In this document: in pieces, positions 20,224-30,852 of the stretch | Layout: the number at the start of each line of letters is the position of its first letter | Numbering within the stretch: position 1 is the stretch's first letter | NCBI GenBank assembly: GCA_032249735.1 | Contig: JAVVHA010000001.1 | Coordinates: forward strand, 70,041-134,040 | Reading direction: 5' to 3' | Origin: Dehalococcoidia bacterium | GTDB taxonomy: Bacteria; Chloroflexota; Dehalococcoidia; SM23-28-2; HRBIN24 | Length of the DNA stretch: 64,000 bases | Translations under genes and position numbers: made by a program | Notes under the pieces: generated by a model | What the model was told of the DNA's origin: nothing | The model's database searches: none | The model's input: the letters and a program-made list of their open reading frames with translations, nothing else

Positions 20224-22575
20224 TTGCTAGGACGTGCGTGGCGCTATGGGGCATTGGTGGCGGCAGCTGTCTTGGGGGTGGGAGTCCTCCTAGTAAGGGC
20301 TACCCACCCACGGCGAGCGGGCAAGATGCGTCTGCCTGGCCTGACTCACGCAGTAGAGGTCCTGCGTGACCGTTGGGGGGTGCCCCACATCTACGCTGAA
20401 AGCCTTTGGGATCTCTTCTTAGCCCTAGGGTTTGTGCAGGCCCAGGACCGCCTCTGGCAGATGGATTTCCACCGCCGTCTCGCCACGGGGACGCTGGCCG
20501 AGATATTAGGGGAGAAGGCCCTACCCTTAGACCGCCTGGTGCGGCGAGTGGGCATACACCGGGCAGCGGCCCGGGAGTGGGAAGGGTTGGAGGGGGAGGA
20601 GAGGCATCTGCTGGAGGCCTATGCCGCTGGCGTCAACGCTTACATCGCCTCCGGGCCCCCGCCTCTGGAGAGCATCCTCCTGCGTTACCGAATCCGCCCC
20701 TGGTCCCCCGCCGATAGCATAGCTTGGGCCCGGTTCATGGCTTGGTCCCTCTCGGGCAACTGGGACCAAGAGCTAGTACGCCTCTGGATCATAGAAAGGT
20801 TTGGCGCGGAGACGATGGCCGAACTGGAGCCCACCTATCCTCCTGGCAAGCCAGTGGTTGTGCCTCCAGGGGCCACCTCCACCGGCCCAGGCCCAGGCTT
20901 GGGAGACGACTATTCTCTCCCCTTGGCTGGGCATCCCATGAGCAACAACTGGGTGGTGGATGGCCACAAGTCGGCCACGGGGCGCCCCCTGCTGGCCAAC
21001 GACCCCCATCTGGCCCTCGTCATGCCCTCTTTATGGTATGAGGTGCACCTGGAGTCGCCAGAGCTGCGGGTGGCGGGGGTCAGCTTGCCTGGCCTGCCGG
21101 CCATCATCATTGGTCACAACCAGCGAATAGCATGGGGCGTAACGGCAGCCATGGCCGACCAGGACGACCTATACCTTGAGGAGTTGGATCCCCATCACCC
21201 AACGCGGTACCGGTGGAAGGACGGTTGGGAGGAGGGCCAGCTGCTGCGGGAGGAGATACGGGTGCGGGGCAGGGGTCAGCCCGTCGTAGAGGAGGTCCTG
21301 GTGACCCGACATGGCCCCATCATCACCCCCTGCATCAGCGGGGAGGAGAGGCCCCTGGCCCTACGCAGCGTGTGCATCGAGGAGATCCCGTTCGCCAAAG
21401 GCATCATGGGTATTATGCGGGCCCAGTCGTGGGAGGAGTTCCGGCAGGCCCTTTTTTATTGGCCGGCCCCGGCCCTCAACTTCGTCTATGCCGACGTAGA
21501 CGGCAACATAGGCTACCAATTGGCCGGCTCCATCCCCAGGCGTCGCCGGGGCCATGGCATCGTCCCCATTCCTGGGTGGACGGGAGAATTCGAGTGGGAG
21601 GGGTTCGTCCCCTTCCAGGAGCTCCCGTGGGCCCTTAACCCGCCCACTCACTGGATCGCCAGCGCCAACAACCAGGTGGCCCTCGCCGATTACCCCCACT
21701 TCCTCTCCGCCACCTATGCCGATAGCCCTCGCATCGAGCGCATAGTCCAGATGCTGGGCGAGAAGGAACGCATCTCAGTGGCCGACTGCCAGCGCATGCA
21801 GAACGACCTCCTGTCCCTACCGGGGCAGGAGCTGGTGCGGCGTATCCTCTCCTTGCGCCCCACCGACCCCTGGTGTCAGCGGGCCCAGTCCTTCCTTAAG
21901 GTCTGGGACGGCACTCTGGCTGCCGACAGCGTGGCAGCAGCCATAGTGGAGGTCTGTTTCGTACACCTGGTTCGTAAGGCCCTGGAGGAGAAGGTGGGGG
22001 CCTGGGCGGACTTTCTGTTGGGGAAGCCTGTCCACCCCATCCGTGAGGGGCCCGCCTTCTTCATGGGGGCGGCCTCCTGGCTCTTGCGCAAGATGGAAGA
22101 GCGGCCCGACTGGTTCCGCGACCGCACGTGGCAGGAGGTCATGACGGAGGCCCTAAAGGAGGCCACCGAGGAGCTGCGCCGCCGCCTAGGCGACGACATG
22201 TCCCGCTGGCAGTGGGGCCGCCTCCACCGTCAGGCCTTTCGCCATCCCCTGGGGCAAATGCAGGCCCTGGCCCCCCTCTTCAACCGGGGTCCCTATCCCA
22301 TAGGAGGAGACATGAACACAGTGGCCCAATCGGCCTTCATCCCGCACCGCGGGTATGATGCTACAAGCTTCGCCGTCTCATGGCGCATGATCGTCGACCT
22401 GGCCGACTTCAACCGCAGCTTGGGAGTCCTTCCCGGTGGGCAGTGGGGGCAACCTGGCAGCCGCCACTACGCCGACCAGTTGCCGCTCTGGCTGCGGGGT
22501 GAGTACCACCCCATGCTTTGGGATCGCCAGGCGGTGGAGGGTAATGTGGAGTCCCGGCTGGTGCTGGAGCCCTAA
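20224..22575 (+). CDS. Penicillin acylase family protein (Ntn-hydrolase; possible AHL/penicillin amidase)
   Basis: 783 aa. It has an N-terminal TM/signal segment, a conserved autoproteolytic SNNW nucleophile site (GHPMSNNWVVDG) and typical alpha/beta subunit regions. Confidence 0.82.
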   Translation: MLGRAWRYGALVAAAVLGVGVLLVRATHPRRAGKMRLPGLTHAVEVLRDRWGVPHIYAESLWDLFLALGFVQAQDRLWQMDFHRRLATGTLAEILGEKALPLDRLVRRVGIHRAAAREWEGLEGEERHLLEAYAAGVNAYIASGPPPLESILLRYRIRPWSPADSIAWARFMAWSLSGNWDQELVRLWIIERFGAETMAELEPTYPPGKPVVVPPGATSTGPGPGLGDDYSLPLAGHPMSNNWVVDGHKSATGRPLLANDPHLALVMPSLWYEVHLESPELRVAGVSLPGLPAIIIGHNQRIAWGVTAAMADQDDLYLEELDPHHPTRYRWKDGWEEGQLLREEIRVRGRGQPVVEEVLVTRHGPIITPCISGEERPLALRSVCIEEIPFAKGIMGIMRAQSWEEFRQALFYWPAPALNFVYADVDGNIGYQLAGSIPRRRRGHGIVPIPGWTGEFEWEGFVPFQELPWALNPPTHWIASANNQVALADYPHFLSATYADSPRIERIVQMLGEKERISVADCQRMQNDLLSLPGQELVRRILSLRPTDPWCQRAQSFLKVWDGTLAADSVAAAIVEVCFVHLVRKALEEKVGAWADFLLGKPVHPIREGPAFFMGAASWLLRKMEERPDWFRDRTWQEVMTEALKEATEELRRRLGDDMSRWQWGRLHRQAFRHPLGQMQALAPLFNRGPYPIGGDMNTVAQSAFIPHRGYDATSFAVSWRMIVDLADFNRSLGVLPGGQWGQPGSRHYADQLPLWLRGEYHPMLWDRQAVEGNVESRLVLEP

Positions 22576-22594
22576 ATCCGGTGGGAGGGTGACG

Positions 22595-23773
22595 ATGAAG
22601 ACAGTGCGCGACATAGATGTACGCGGTAAGCGAGTGCTGGTGCGGGTCGATTTCAACGTCCCCTTGGACCGAGAGAAGGGAGAGGTTCTGAGCGACAGCC
22701 GCATCCGGGCCGCCATCCCCACCATCCGCCATCTGCAGGAGCAGGGGTCACGCGTCATCCTCTGCTCCCATCTGGGGCGCCCCAAGGGCCGCGATCCCTC
22801 CTTCAGCCTGGCGCCTGTAGCCAAACGCCTCTCCCAGCTCATAGGGCAGGAGGTGAAAATAACCTCGTGCTGCGTGGGGCGGGAAGTGGAGGAGGCAGTG
22901 CAGGCCCTAGCGCCAGGCCAGGTCATCCTTCTGGAGAACACTCGCTTCCATGGCGAGGAGGAGGCCAACGACCCCAACTACGCAAGGGCCTTGGCCTCCT
23001 TAGCGGACGTTTTCGTCAACGATGCGTTCGCCGCCGCCCACCGGGCCCACGCCTCCACCGCCGGGGTAGCGGCCTATTTGCCGGCGGTGGCCGGGCTGTT
23101 GATGGAGCGGGAGGTGCGCTTCCTCACTCAGGCCCTCGACCCCGAGCGTCCCTTTGCCTTGGTGCTGGGCGGGGCCAAGGTGAGTACCAAGGTGGGGGTC
23201 ATCCGCCGCCTGCTGCCCAAGTGCGACCGTCTCCTCATCGGCGGGGCCATGGCCAACACCTTCTTGAAGGCGGAAGGTTACAACATCGGCGCATCTGCGG
23301 TGGAGGACGACTACCTGGACGAGGCCCATCGCATCATGGAGGAGGCCAGGGACTACAAGGTCCAGCTCCTGCTGCCTGCCGACGTAGTGGTGGCCGAGGA
23401 GCCGAAGGCGGGGGCACGTTCCGCCTGCGTCTCGGTGCGGGACGTGCCAAAAGGATGGTACATCGTCGATATAGGCGATATGACGGCCGAGGCTTACGTC
23501 CGCGCCCTGGTGGGGGCGCGAACAGTGGTGTGGAATGGGCCTATGGGGATGGCGGAGGTAGAGGCCTTCGCCGCTGGCTCGCGGCGCATCGCCCAAGCTA
23601 TCGCACAGCTGCGGGACGCCACTACCATAGCTGGCGGTGGGGAGACGGAGGCCATCATTGAGGCCCTGGGGTTGACGCCCATGTTCACCCACGTCTCCAC
23701 AGGCGGTGGGGCTACCCTGGAGTTCCTGGAGGGTAAAGAGTTGCCTGGCATCGCTGCCCTTATGGACCCATGA
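22595..23773 (+). CDS. pgk: Phosphoglycerate kinase
   Basis: The start was chosen at an ATG with a GGGAGGG RBS (MKTVRDIDVRGKRVLVRVDFNVP). The ORF track's upstream extension overlaps the acylase. Confidence 0.9.
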   Translation: MKTVRDIDVRGKRVLVRVDFNVPLDREKGEVLSDSRIRAAIPTIRHLQEQGSRVILCSHLGRPKGRDPSFSLAPVAKRLSQLIGQEVKITSCCVGREVEEAVQALAPGQVILLENTRFHGEEEANDPNYARALASLADVFVNDAFAAAHRAHASTAGVAAYLPAVAGLLMEREVRFLTQALDPERPFALVLGGAKVSTKVGVIRRLLPKCDRLLIGGAMANTFLKAEGYNIGASAVEDDYLDEAHRIMEEARDYKVQLLLPADVVVAEEPKAGARSACVSVRDVPKGWYIVDIGDMTAEAYVRALVGARTVVWNGPMGMAEVEAFAAGSRRIAQAIAQLRDATTIAGGGETEAIIEALGLTPMFTHVSTGGGATLEFLEGKELPGIAALMDP

Positions 23774-23812
23774 GGCGTGCCCCTGACGGCTGAAGGACGC
23801 CTCCTTTCTTCC
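23773..23812 (+). terminator. Candidate intrinsic terminator after pgk (weak)
   Basis: An inverted repeat GAGGCGT...ACGCCTC is followed by CTTTCTTCC. The loop is long (~17 nt), so this is weak. Confidence 0.3.
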
Positions 23813-23847
23813 CGCGTCTTAGAAATGCTAGCATAGGGCATAGGGCC

Positions 23848-25050
23848 GTGGATCTGGAGCTGCTTAAGGAGCTGACCATAGAGGCCGATACCAAGATCGT
23901 GTTGGTGGTGCTGGATGGGCTGGGGGGGCTCCCTCACCCGGAGACGGGGCGCACGGAGCTGGAGACGGCCTCTGTGCCTAACCTGGACCAGCTGGCCAAG
24001 GAGGGCATGTGTGGCCTCACGGTGCCTGTGGCGCCAGGCATCACTCCAGGTAGTGGTCCTGGGCACTTGGCCCTCTTCGGTTATGACCCTTTGCGTTACC
24101 AGGTGGGGAGGGGCGTTCTGGAAGCCCTGGGCATCGATTTCGAGCTCCAGCCAGGGGATGTGGCCGCCAGGGGCAACTTCTGCACCGTGGACGAGGGCGG
24201 CACCATCACCGACCGCCGTGCCGGCCGCATCTCCACCGAACGGTGCGCCCAGCTGGTGGAGAAGCTACGGGGCATACAAGCGGAAGGGGTACAGGCGCTA
24301 GTGGAGCCGGTGCGGGAGCATCGCTTCCTACTAGTCCTGCGAGGGGAAGGCCTTTCCCACCAGGTGGCCGATACGGACCCTCAACGGGAGGGCTTACCCC
24401 CTCTGCCACCGCGGGCCACTGCCCCTGAGGGGGAACGCACAGCCCGGGCGGTGAGGCGGTTCGTGGCGGAGGCCGCTCGCCGCCTGCAGGGGGAGGCAGA
24501 GGCCAACATGGTACTTCTGCGAGGTTTCTCTTCTTGCCCTCGGTGGCCTACCATGCGTGAGGTGTTCAAACTGAGGGCGGCGGCTATCGCCTATTATCCC
24601 ATGTACCGGGGTCTTGGCAAGCTGGTGGGTATGGAGCCCCTCCCCTCCGGCCCCAGGTTGGAGGACGCCATCGCCTCTTTGCGGGAGAACTGGAGCCGCT
24701 TCGATTTCTTCTTCCTCCATTACAAGGCCACCGACACAGCTGGCGAAGACGGGGACTTCCAGAGGAAAGTCCAGGCGTTAGAGGCCGCTGACCGGGCCAT
24801 CCCTGCCCTCGTGGAGCTGGAGCCCGATGTGCTGGTGGTGACGGGGGATCACTCGACGCCGGCAGTGATGGCCTCCCACTCGTGGCACCCGGTGCCCTTC
24901 GTGATGCGGGCCCGCTGGGCCCGGGCCGATGGGTGCCAGGCCTTCAATGAGGTCGCCCTCCGCCAGGGGAGCCTGGGCGTCTTCCCGGCGGTGGAGGTCA
25001 TGCCCTTGGCCCTGGCCCACGCCCGGCGACTGAAGAAGTTCGGGGCGTGA
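23848..25050 (+). CDS. apgM: 2,3-bisphosphoglycerate-independent phosphoglycerate mutase, archaeal type
   Basis: The N-terminal block KIVLVVLDGLGG ... TPNLD and a metalloenzyme-superfamily core match the ~400-aa ApgM family. GTG start. Confidence 0.82.
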   Translation: MDLELLKELTIEADTKIVLVVLDGLGGLPHPETGRTELETASVPNLDQLAKEGMCGLTVPVAPGITPGSGPGHLALFGYDPLRYQVGRGVLEALGIDFELQPGDVAARGNFCTVDEGGTITDRRAGRISTERCAQLVEKLRGIQAEGVQALVEPVREHRFLLVLRGEGLSHQVADTDPQREGLPPLPPRATAPEGERTARAVRRFVAEAARRLQGEAEANMVLLRGFSSCPRWPTMREVFKLRAAAIAYYPMYRGLGKLVGMEPLPSGPRLEDAIASLRENWSRFDFFFLHYKATDTAGEDGDFQRKVQALEAADRAIPALVELEPDVLVVTGDHSTPAVMASHSWHPVPFVMRARWARADGCQAFNEVALRQGSLGVFPAVEVMPLALAHARRLKKFGA

Positions 25051-25051
25051 G

Positions 25052-25816
25052 ATGCGCAAGCTGCTGGTGGCTGGTAACTGGAAGTGCCACCTGCGCCAGG
25101 AGTCGGCTCGCTCCCTGGCCTTGGCCATACGCCAAGGCCTGCCGCCTCTTGACGGGGTTGAGGTGGCCCTCTGCCCGGCCTTCGTGCATATCCCAGTGGT
25201 GAAGGAGGTGCTTTGGGGCTCGCCCATCCTTCTGGGGGCCCAAGATGTGCACTGGGAGGACGACGTGGCCGCCACTGGGGAGGTGGGGCCCCGCATGCTG
25301 GCCGAATGGGTCCACATGGTCATCATCGGCCATTCCGAAAGGCGCCGCATATTCGGTGAATCGGATGAGGTGATCAATAGGAAGGTGGTGGCGGCCCTTT
25401 CCGCCGGCCTGCGCCCCATCCTGTGCGTGGGGGAGACGTTGGAAGAGCGGCACCGCGGCGAAACAGAGGCCGTGTTGCGGAGGCAGGTTTGGGCAGGCCT
25501 GCGGGGCGCCCCCTTACCTCGGGGGTTTGTCATGGCCTATGAGCCCGTCTGGGCCATAGGCACAGGCGTCCCCGCCTCTGGGGACCAGGCGCAGGAGGCA
25601 GCCTCCTTCATCCGGGCCCAGGTGAGGGAGATGCACGGGGAGGAAGTGGCCTCCTCGCTTCTTATCCTCTACGGGGGCAGCGTATCCTCCGATAACATAG
25701 CCGAGTTCGCCCGTCAGCCAGACATCGACGGTGCTCTGGTGGGCGGTGCTAGCCTTCGGGCCGAGTCCTTCCTGGGCATCGTGCGGGGGGCAGCAGTGGC
25801 CAAAGGGGTAGCATGA
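25052..25816 (+). CDS. tpiA: Triosephosphate isomerase
   Basis: AGNWKCH, IGHSERR and YEPVWAIGTG are present. Confidence 0.92.
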   Translation: MRKLLVAGNWKCHLRQESARSLALAIRQGLPPLDGVEVALCPAFVHIPVVKEVLWGSPILLGAQDVHWEDDVAATGEVGPRMLAEWVHMVIIGHSERRRIFGESDEVINRKVVAALSAGLRPILCVGETLEERHRGETEAVLRRQVWAGLRGAPLPRGFVMAYEPVWAIGTGVPASGDQAQEAASFIRAQVREMHGEEVASSLLILYGGSVSSDNIAEFARQPDIDGALVGGASLRAESFLGIVRGAAVAKGVA

Positions 25817-26763
25817 GGCAGCTAGTGGCCATCGTTGGGCCCACAGCCACCGGCAAGACGGCCCTGGGCATCCATCTGGCCCGTCACTTCCAGGGGGAGG
25901 TGGTGAACGCCGACTCTCGTCAAGTCTACAGACATATGGACATCGGCACCGCCAAGCCCACCCCCCAGGAGCAAGCCCAGGTGCCCCACCATCTGCTGGA
26001 CGTGGTGGACCCTGATGAGCCCTTTAGCCTGGGCCAGTGGCTGGAGCTGGCCAGGGCAGCTTTGGCCGACATCTGGGCGCGCGGCAAAATACCCTTCTTG
26101 GTAGGGGGCACGGGCCAATACGTTTGGGCCCTCCTGGAGGGGTGGACAGTGCCCAAGGTGCCTCCCCAGCCCCAGTGGCGGGAGGAGATGGCAGCGTGGG
26201 CAGCCCAGCATGGCCCCCAGGCCCTCCACCGGGAGCTGGCCCTACGCGACCCAGAGGCAGCCCGCCTCATCGACCCGCGCAACGTGCGAAGGGTTATAAG
26301 AGCCCTAGAGGTCATCCGCTCCACGGGGAGCCCCTTTAGCCAATTTCGACGCAAGGAAGGCCCGGGCTTCTCTTACCTCTGCATCGGGCTTTGGCTGCCC
26401 CGGGAGGAGCTCTACCGACGCATCGACCAGCGAGTGGACCAGATGATAGCCTCAGGGCTAGTGGACGAGGTGAGGCGCTTGTTGGCCATGGGATACTCCT
26501 GTCGCCTTCCATCCATGAGCGGCATCGGGTATAAGGAGATCTGTCGTCATCTGGCGGGGGAGATAGATCTGGCTACAGCGGTAGCTCGCATCAAGTGGGA
26601 GACCCACCGGCTGGTGCGCCACCAGGAGAACTGGTTCCGCCGCACCGACCCCCGCATCCACTGGCTACGGGCCGACGACCCTAACCTCTCTGAAAAGGCG
26701 AAGGACCTGGTGGCCGCCTTCCTCCTGGGGACCAAGGAGGCTGTAGGACCATGCGCTTCGTGA
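25813..26763 (+). CDS. miaA: tRNA dimethylallyltransferase
   Basis: It has a P-loop GPTATGKT and the motif ADSRQVYRHMDIGTAKPT. It overlaps tpiA by 4 nt. Confidence 0.9.
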   Translation: MRQLVAIVGPTATGKTALGIHLARHFQGEVVNADSRQVYRHMDIGTAKPTPQEQAQVPHHLLDVVDPDEPFSLGQWLELARAALADIWARGKIPFLVGGTGQYVWALLEGWTVPKVPPQPQWREEMAAWAAQHGPQALHRELALRDPEAARLIDPRNVRRVIRALEVIRSTGSPFSQFRRKEGPGFSYLCIGLWLPREELYRRIDQRVDQMIASGLVDEVRRLLAMGYSCRLPSMSGIGYKEICRHLAGEIDLATAVARIKWETHRLVRHQENWFRRTDPRIHWLRADDPNLSEKAKDLVAAFLLGTKEAVGPCAS

Positions 26764-27605
26764 AGATGCAAGGCACAGGTAACGATTTCCTGCTCCTGGA
26801 GGCCCAGGGCGATGACCATGACTGGCCAGCCCTGGCCCGCGCCATGTGCCACCGTCATCTGGGAGTGGGAGCCGATGGCCTTCTCCTGGTCATGCCCTCC
26901 CAAGAGGCCCAAGTGCGCATGCGCATCTTCAACCCCGACGGCTCCGAGGCGGAGATGTGCGGCAACGGCGTCCGTTGCTTGGCCCGCTATGCCTTAGACC
27001 GGGGCCTGGCCCAGCTCCAGGACGGGGCCATCGTGGTGGAGACCATGGCCGGGCTTGTCACCGTCTGGCCGACAGGCGAGGGCATGCGGGTGGGCATGGG
27101 GATTCCCCGTCTGCGACCTGAGGAGGTGCCAGTGGCAGTGGAGATGGACCCACCTCTGCTGGATGTGCCCCTCGCCGCTGCCGGCCGTCAGCTGCACCTC
27201 GCTTGCCTCTCCATGGGGAATCCTCATGCTGTCCTCCTGGTGGAAGAGCCTGTGGAGGACTTCCCGTTGGCGGAGGTGGGCCCACAGGTAGAGCACCACC
27301 CCCTCTTCCCCCAGCGGGTAAACCTGGAGGTGGCCCGTGTGAGGGATCGTCACCACATGGACGTGCGGGTATGGGAACGGGGGGTGGGGGAGACCCTCTC
27401 CTGCGGCACTGGGGCCACCGCCGCCGTGGTGGCTGCCCACCTCCGCGGCCTGGTGGACCACAAGGTGGAAGTGCGCTTGCCCGGCGGCCTTCTCTGGGTG
27501 GAATGGGACGGCAGGGGAGAGGCATATCTGGCCGGCCCAGTGGATTATATTTGTGAGGGGTACTGGCTAGGATCCTCGTTCCCTAAGGCTGGTGGAAGGA
27601 GGTAG
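26751..27605 (+). CDS. dapF: Diaminopimelate epimerase
   Basis: It has the MQGTGNDF N-terminus and both catalytic Cys regions (CGNG, CGTG). Confidence 0.9.
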   Translation: MRFVKMQGTGNDFLLLEAQGDDHDWPALARAMCHRHLGVGADGLLLVMPSQEAQVRMRIFNPDGSEAEMCGNGVRCLARYALDRGLAQLQDGAIVVETMAGLVTVWPTGEGMRVGMGIPRLRPEEVPVAVEMDPPLLDVPLAAAGRQLHLACLSMGNPHAVLLVEEPVEDFPLAEVGPQVEHHPLFPQRVNLEVARVRDRHHMDVRVWERGVGETLSCGTGATAAVVAAHLRGLVDHKVEVRLPGGLLWVEWDGRGEAYLAGPVDYICEGYWLGSSFPKAGGRR

Positions 27606-27608
27606 GAC

Positions 27609-27980
27609 ATGGTCAGGCTCATCTACTGCCTGCGGCGCAAGGAGGGCATGTCCCTCCAGGAGTTCCAGCGATACTGGCGCGAAGTGCATGGCCCCTTGGT
27701 GGAGAAACACGCCCAGGCCCTGCGCATCCGCCGCTACATTCAGGTCCACACGCTCGACACCCCCTTCAACCAAGCCTTGGGCCGCCAGCGGGGCTGCCAG
27801 GTGGAGCCGTACGACGGCGTGGCCGAGCTGTGGTGGGACAGCCTGGATGACTTCCAGGCCGCTGTCCAGACGGAAGAAGGTAGGGAGGCCGCTCGCCAAC
27901 TGGCCGAGGACGAGGCCCGCTTTATAGACGTGGCCCGCTCCACCATATTCCTCGCCCAGGAGAACGCCGTCATCCCCTGA
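27609..27980 (+). CDS. EthD-family / dimeric alpha-beta barrel protein (tentative)
   Basis: 123 aa. The N-terminal pattern [30 protein letters not shown] is typical of EthD-like proteins. It sits between dapF and dapL. Confidence 0.45.
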   Translation: MVRLIYCLRRKEGMSLQEFQRYWREVHGPLVEKHAQALRIRRYIQVHTLDTPFNQALGRQRGCQVEPYDGVAELWWDSLDDFQAAVQTEEGREAARQLAEDEARFIDVARSTIFLAQENAVIP

Positions 27981-27981
27981 G

Positions 27982-29163
27982 GTGACAGAGGTGAGGCTTT
28001 CTCAGCGCCTAGAAAAGCTACCTCCTTACCTCTTCGTGGAGATAAGCCGCAAGATCGCCGAGAAGCGGGCCCAGGGTGTCAGGGTTATCTCCTTCGCCAT
28101 TGGCGACCCTGATATCCCGACGCCTCCTCACATCATAGAGGCGCTGCGGGAGGCGGCCTTGGACCCCTCTAACCATCGGTATCCTGAGACGGAGGGGCTG
28201 CCGGAGCTGCGGCGGGCTATTGCTGCCTGGTACCGCAGGCGCTTCGGTGTGGACCTGAACCCCGAGGAGGAGGTCTTGCCCCTCATCGGCTCCAAAGAGG
28301 GCATCGGGCATGTGGCCCTCTGCCTCATCGACCCTGGGGACGTGGCCCTGGTGCCGGACCCCGCCTATCCCGTCTATGCCATGGGCACTGTCATAGCCGG
28401 TGGCCAGCCTTATTATCTCCCCTTACGAGAGGAGAACGATTTCCTGCCCGACCTCACCCAGGTGCCGGAGGAGGTGGCCCGGCGGGCTAAAGTCCTCTGG
28501 ATCAACTATCCCAACAACCCCACAGGGGCAGTGGCCGACCTGGCCTTCTTCCGGGAAGTGGTGGCCTTCGCCCGTCGCTACGACCTGGTCGTCTGTCACG
28601 ACGCCCCTTATACGGAGGTGGCCTTCGACGGCTATCGGCCCCCTAGCTTCTTAGAGGTGCCCGGGGCCAAGGAAGTGGGCATCGAGTTCCACTCCTTCAG
28701 CAAGTCCTACAACATGACGGGTTGGCGCATCGGGATGGCGGTGGGTAACGCCCGCCTCATCCGGGCGCTGCGGGACGTCAAGTCCAACCTAGACTCTGGC
28801 ATTCCACAGGCCATCCAGAGGATGGCCATCGCTGCCCTGGAGGGGCCCCAGGAGTGCATCGAGGAACATAACCGCATCTACCGGGCGCGGCGGGACCGGC
28901 TGGTGGAGGCCTTGCGGCGGTTGGGGTTGCGGGTGCGGCCTAGCCTCGCCTCCTTATACCTATGGGCGCGGGTCCCTGAGGGGGAGACGTCGGTGGGATT
29001 TGCCGAGCGGTTGTTGGAGGAGGCGGCAGTGGTGGTCACCCCGGGGGTGGGCTACGGGCCCAGTGGCGAGGGCTACGTCCGCCTCTCCCTCACCATCCCC
29101 GATGATGACCTAGAGGAGGGGTTGAGGCGGCTAGAGGCCCTAGTTCGCGGCCGCACGCCCTGA
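27982..29163 (+). CDS. dapL: LL-diaminopimelate aminotransferase (DapL-type class I aminotransferase)
   Basis: It has the PLP-lysine region [14 protein letters not shown], the LPPYLF N-terminal motif and a length of ~393 aa. It is adjacent to dapF. Confidence 0.75.
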   Translation: MTEVRLSQRLEKLPPYLFVEISRKIAEKRAQGVRVISFAIGDPDIPTPPHIIEALREAALDPSNHRYPETEGLPELRRAIAAWYRRRFGVDLNPEEEVLPLIGSKEGIGHVALCLIDPGDVALVPDPAYPVYAMGTVIAGGQPYYLPLREENDFLPDLTQVPEEVARRAKVLWINYPNNPTGAVADLAFFREVVAFARRYDLVVCHDAPYTEVAFDGYRPPSFLEVPGAKEVGIEFHSFSKSYNMTGWRIGMAVGNARLIRALRDVKSNLDSGIPQAIQRMAIAALEGPQECIEEHNRIYRARRDRLVEALRRLGLRVRPSLASLYLWARVPEGETSVGFAERLLEEAAVVVTPGVGYGPSGEGYVRLSLTIPDDDLEEGLRRLEALVRGRTP

Positions 29164-29273
29164 AAGAGCTGGGCCCCCTCGCCAGGGTATACTAGAAGGT
29201 GAGGACAGGAGGCAGGTAAGAGGCCATCGCCAGAGGGACCTACGAGACAGCTCGGCCACCTGAACGGGCTCTA

Positions 29274-30407
29274 TTGGTGGGTGTGGCCCTTAAGCGCCCC
29301 CGCCAACCTGGGATTCTCGATGTGGAAAGCTCGTTAGAGGAATTGGCCCTTCTGGCCCATACGGCTGGCGCCCGGGTGGTGGGCAAAGTCTTCCAGAAGC
29401 TAGACACCCCTAACCCCACCTATTACATCGGCCCTGGCAAACTGCAGGAGATCGCCTCCCTGCGTCCCTCCCTGCAGTACAGCATGGTCATCTTCGACGA
29501 CGAGCTGACTCCTAGCCAGCAGAGGAACCTGGAGCGGGCCCTAGGGGTGAAGGTCATCGACCGCACAGCCCTCATCTTGGACATCTTCGCCCAGCATGCC
29601 CGCACGCGGGAGGGCCGGCTGCAGGTGGAGCTGGCCCAGCACCAGTACCTCCTGCCTCGCTTGCGAGGTCAATGGCCGCACTTAGAGCGGCTGGGCGGCG
29701 GCATCGGCACCCGTGGCCCGGGGGAGACGCAGCTGGAGATGGACCGCCGCCTGGTGAAGCGCCGTATCCAGCAGCTAGAGCGGGAGCTGGCGAAGGTGCG
29801 GCAGCACCGGGCCCTCTACCGACGCCGGCGGAGCCGCGAAGGGCTGCCGGTGGTATCTCTGGTGGGCTATACCAATGCCGGCAAGAGCACCATTATGCGT
29901 GCCCTCTCAGGGGCGGACGTGGTGGTGGCTGACCAGCTCTTCGCCACCCTCGACCCCCTCACCCGGCGTGTCCGCCTGCCAGGTGGTGGCTGGTTCCTTC
30001 TGACTGACACGGTGGGGTTCATCAACAAGCTTCCTCCCCAGGTGGTGGCCGCCTTCCGCGCTACCCTCGAGGAGCTGGCGGAGGCCGACCTCCTCCTCCA
30101 CGTCATCGACATTACCCATCCTAACGCTGCTGAGCAGGCGGAGACGGTGGAGAGGACGCTGGCCGAGCTAGGCCTGGCCGCCAAGCCTCGCATCGCCGTC
30201 CTCAATAAGGTGGACCGTCTCATGGGGGGCGACGGTAGGGCCGTGTGGAACGAGGACGAGGTACACCAGCTCCTGCCCTATGTGCGACAGTGGCAGCCTC
30301 GGGCGGTGCTAGTCTCGGCGTTGAGGCGCTGGGGCCTGGACGAGCTCTTGCGCCAGATCGAGGAGGCCTTGGCCCAGGTGCGCCAGGAGAAGGCCAAGAC
30401 GGCCTAG
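29274..30407 (+). CDS. hflX: GTPase HflX
   Basis: It has the HflX N-domain, the G1 motif GYTNAGKST and DTVGF. Confidence 0.88.
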   Translation: MVGVALKRPRQPGILDVESSLEELALLAHTAGARVVGKVFQKLDTPNPTYYIGPGKLQEIASLRPSLQYSMVIFDDELTPSQQRNLERALGVKVIDRTALILDIFAQHARTREGRLQVELAQHQYLLPRLRGQWPHLERLGGGIGTRGPGETQLEMDRRLVKRRIQQLERELAKVRQHRALYRRRRSREGLPVVSLVGYTNAGKSTIMRALSGADVVVADQLFATLDPLTRRVRLPGGGWFLLTDTVGFINKLPPQVVAAFRATLEELAEADLLLHVIDITHPNAAEQAETVERTLAELGLAAKPRIAVLNKVDRLMGGDGRAVWNEDEVHQLLPYVRQWQPRAVLVSALRRWGLDELLRQIEEALAQVRQEKAKTA

Positions 30408-30748
30408 GTTAGCTCCACCCACTTATCGGCCCAGCGCTGAATGGCCTCCACCACCTCCTGCAGCTCCCTTCCCTTCCTGGTCAACTCATAGTGGACCAGC
30501 AGAGGGGTGACGGAGACCACCTTCTTGCGCACGATGTCCTCCGCCTCTAGCTCCTTAAGGCGCTGGGAGAGGAGCCGATCGCTGATGTTGCCGATGTAGT
30601 CACGGATCTCGGAGAACCGCCGCGGCCCCTTCATGAGGGCGCGGATGACCAGGGGCGTCCACCTCTTGCCCAATACGCGGGCCGCCCGCGCGTATCGTGG
30701 GCAAGGATATTCTAGCTGTATAGGTTGCCGCCGTGCCTTCATCTCCAC
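30404..30748 (-). CDS. HxlR-family transcriptional regulator
   Basis: 114 aa with a winged HTH (LGKRWTPLVIRALMKGPRRFSEI). It is divergent from a DoxX gene, which is the classic arrangement. Confidence 0.8.
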   Translation of the reverse strand: MEMKARRQPIQLEYPCPRYARAARVLGKRWTPLVIRALMKGPRRFSEIRDYIGNISDRLLSQRLKELEAEDIVRKKVVSVTPLLVHYELTRKGRELQEVVEAIQRWADKWVELT

Positions 30749-30852
30749 TAAATTGTAGCTACATCTCTCCGCCTCGGCAAGGGAGGTTGCTTCATCTCTA
30801 CTGGTTTGTTATGTTATTGCATGAGCTAGCAAATCAAAAGAGGAGGTCTGCC

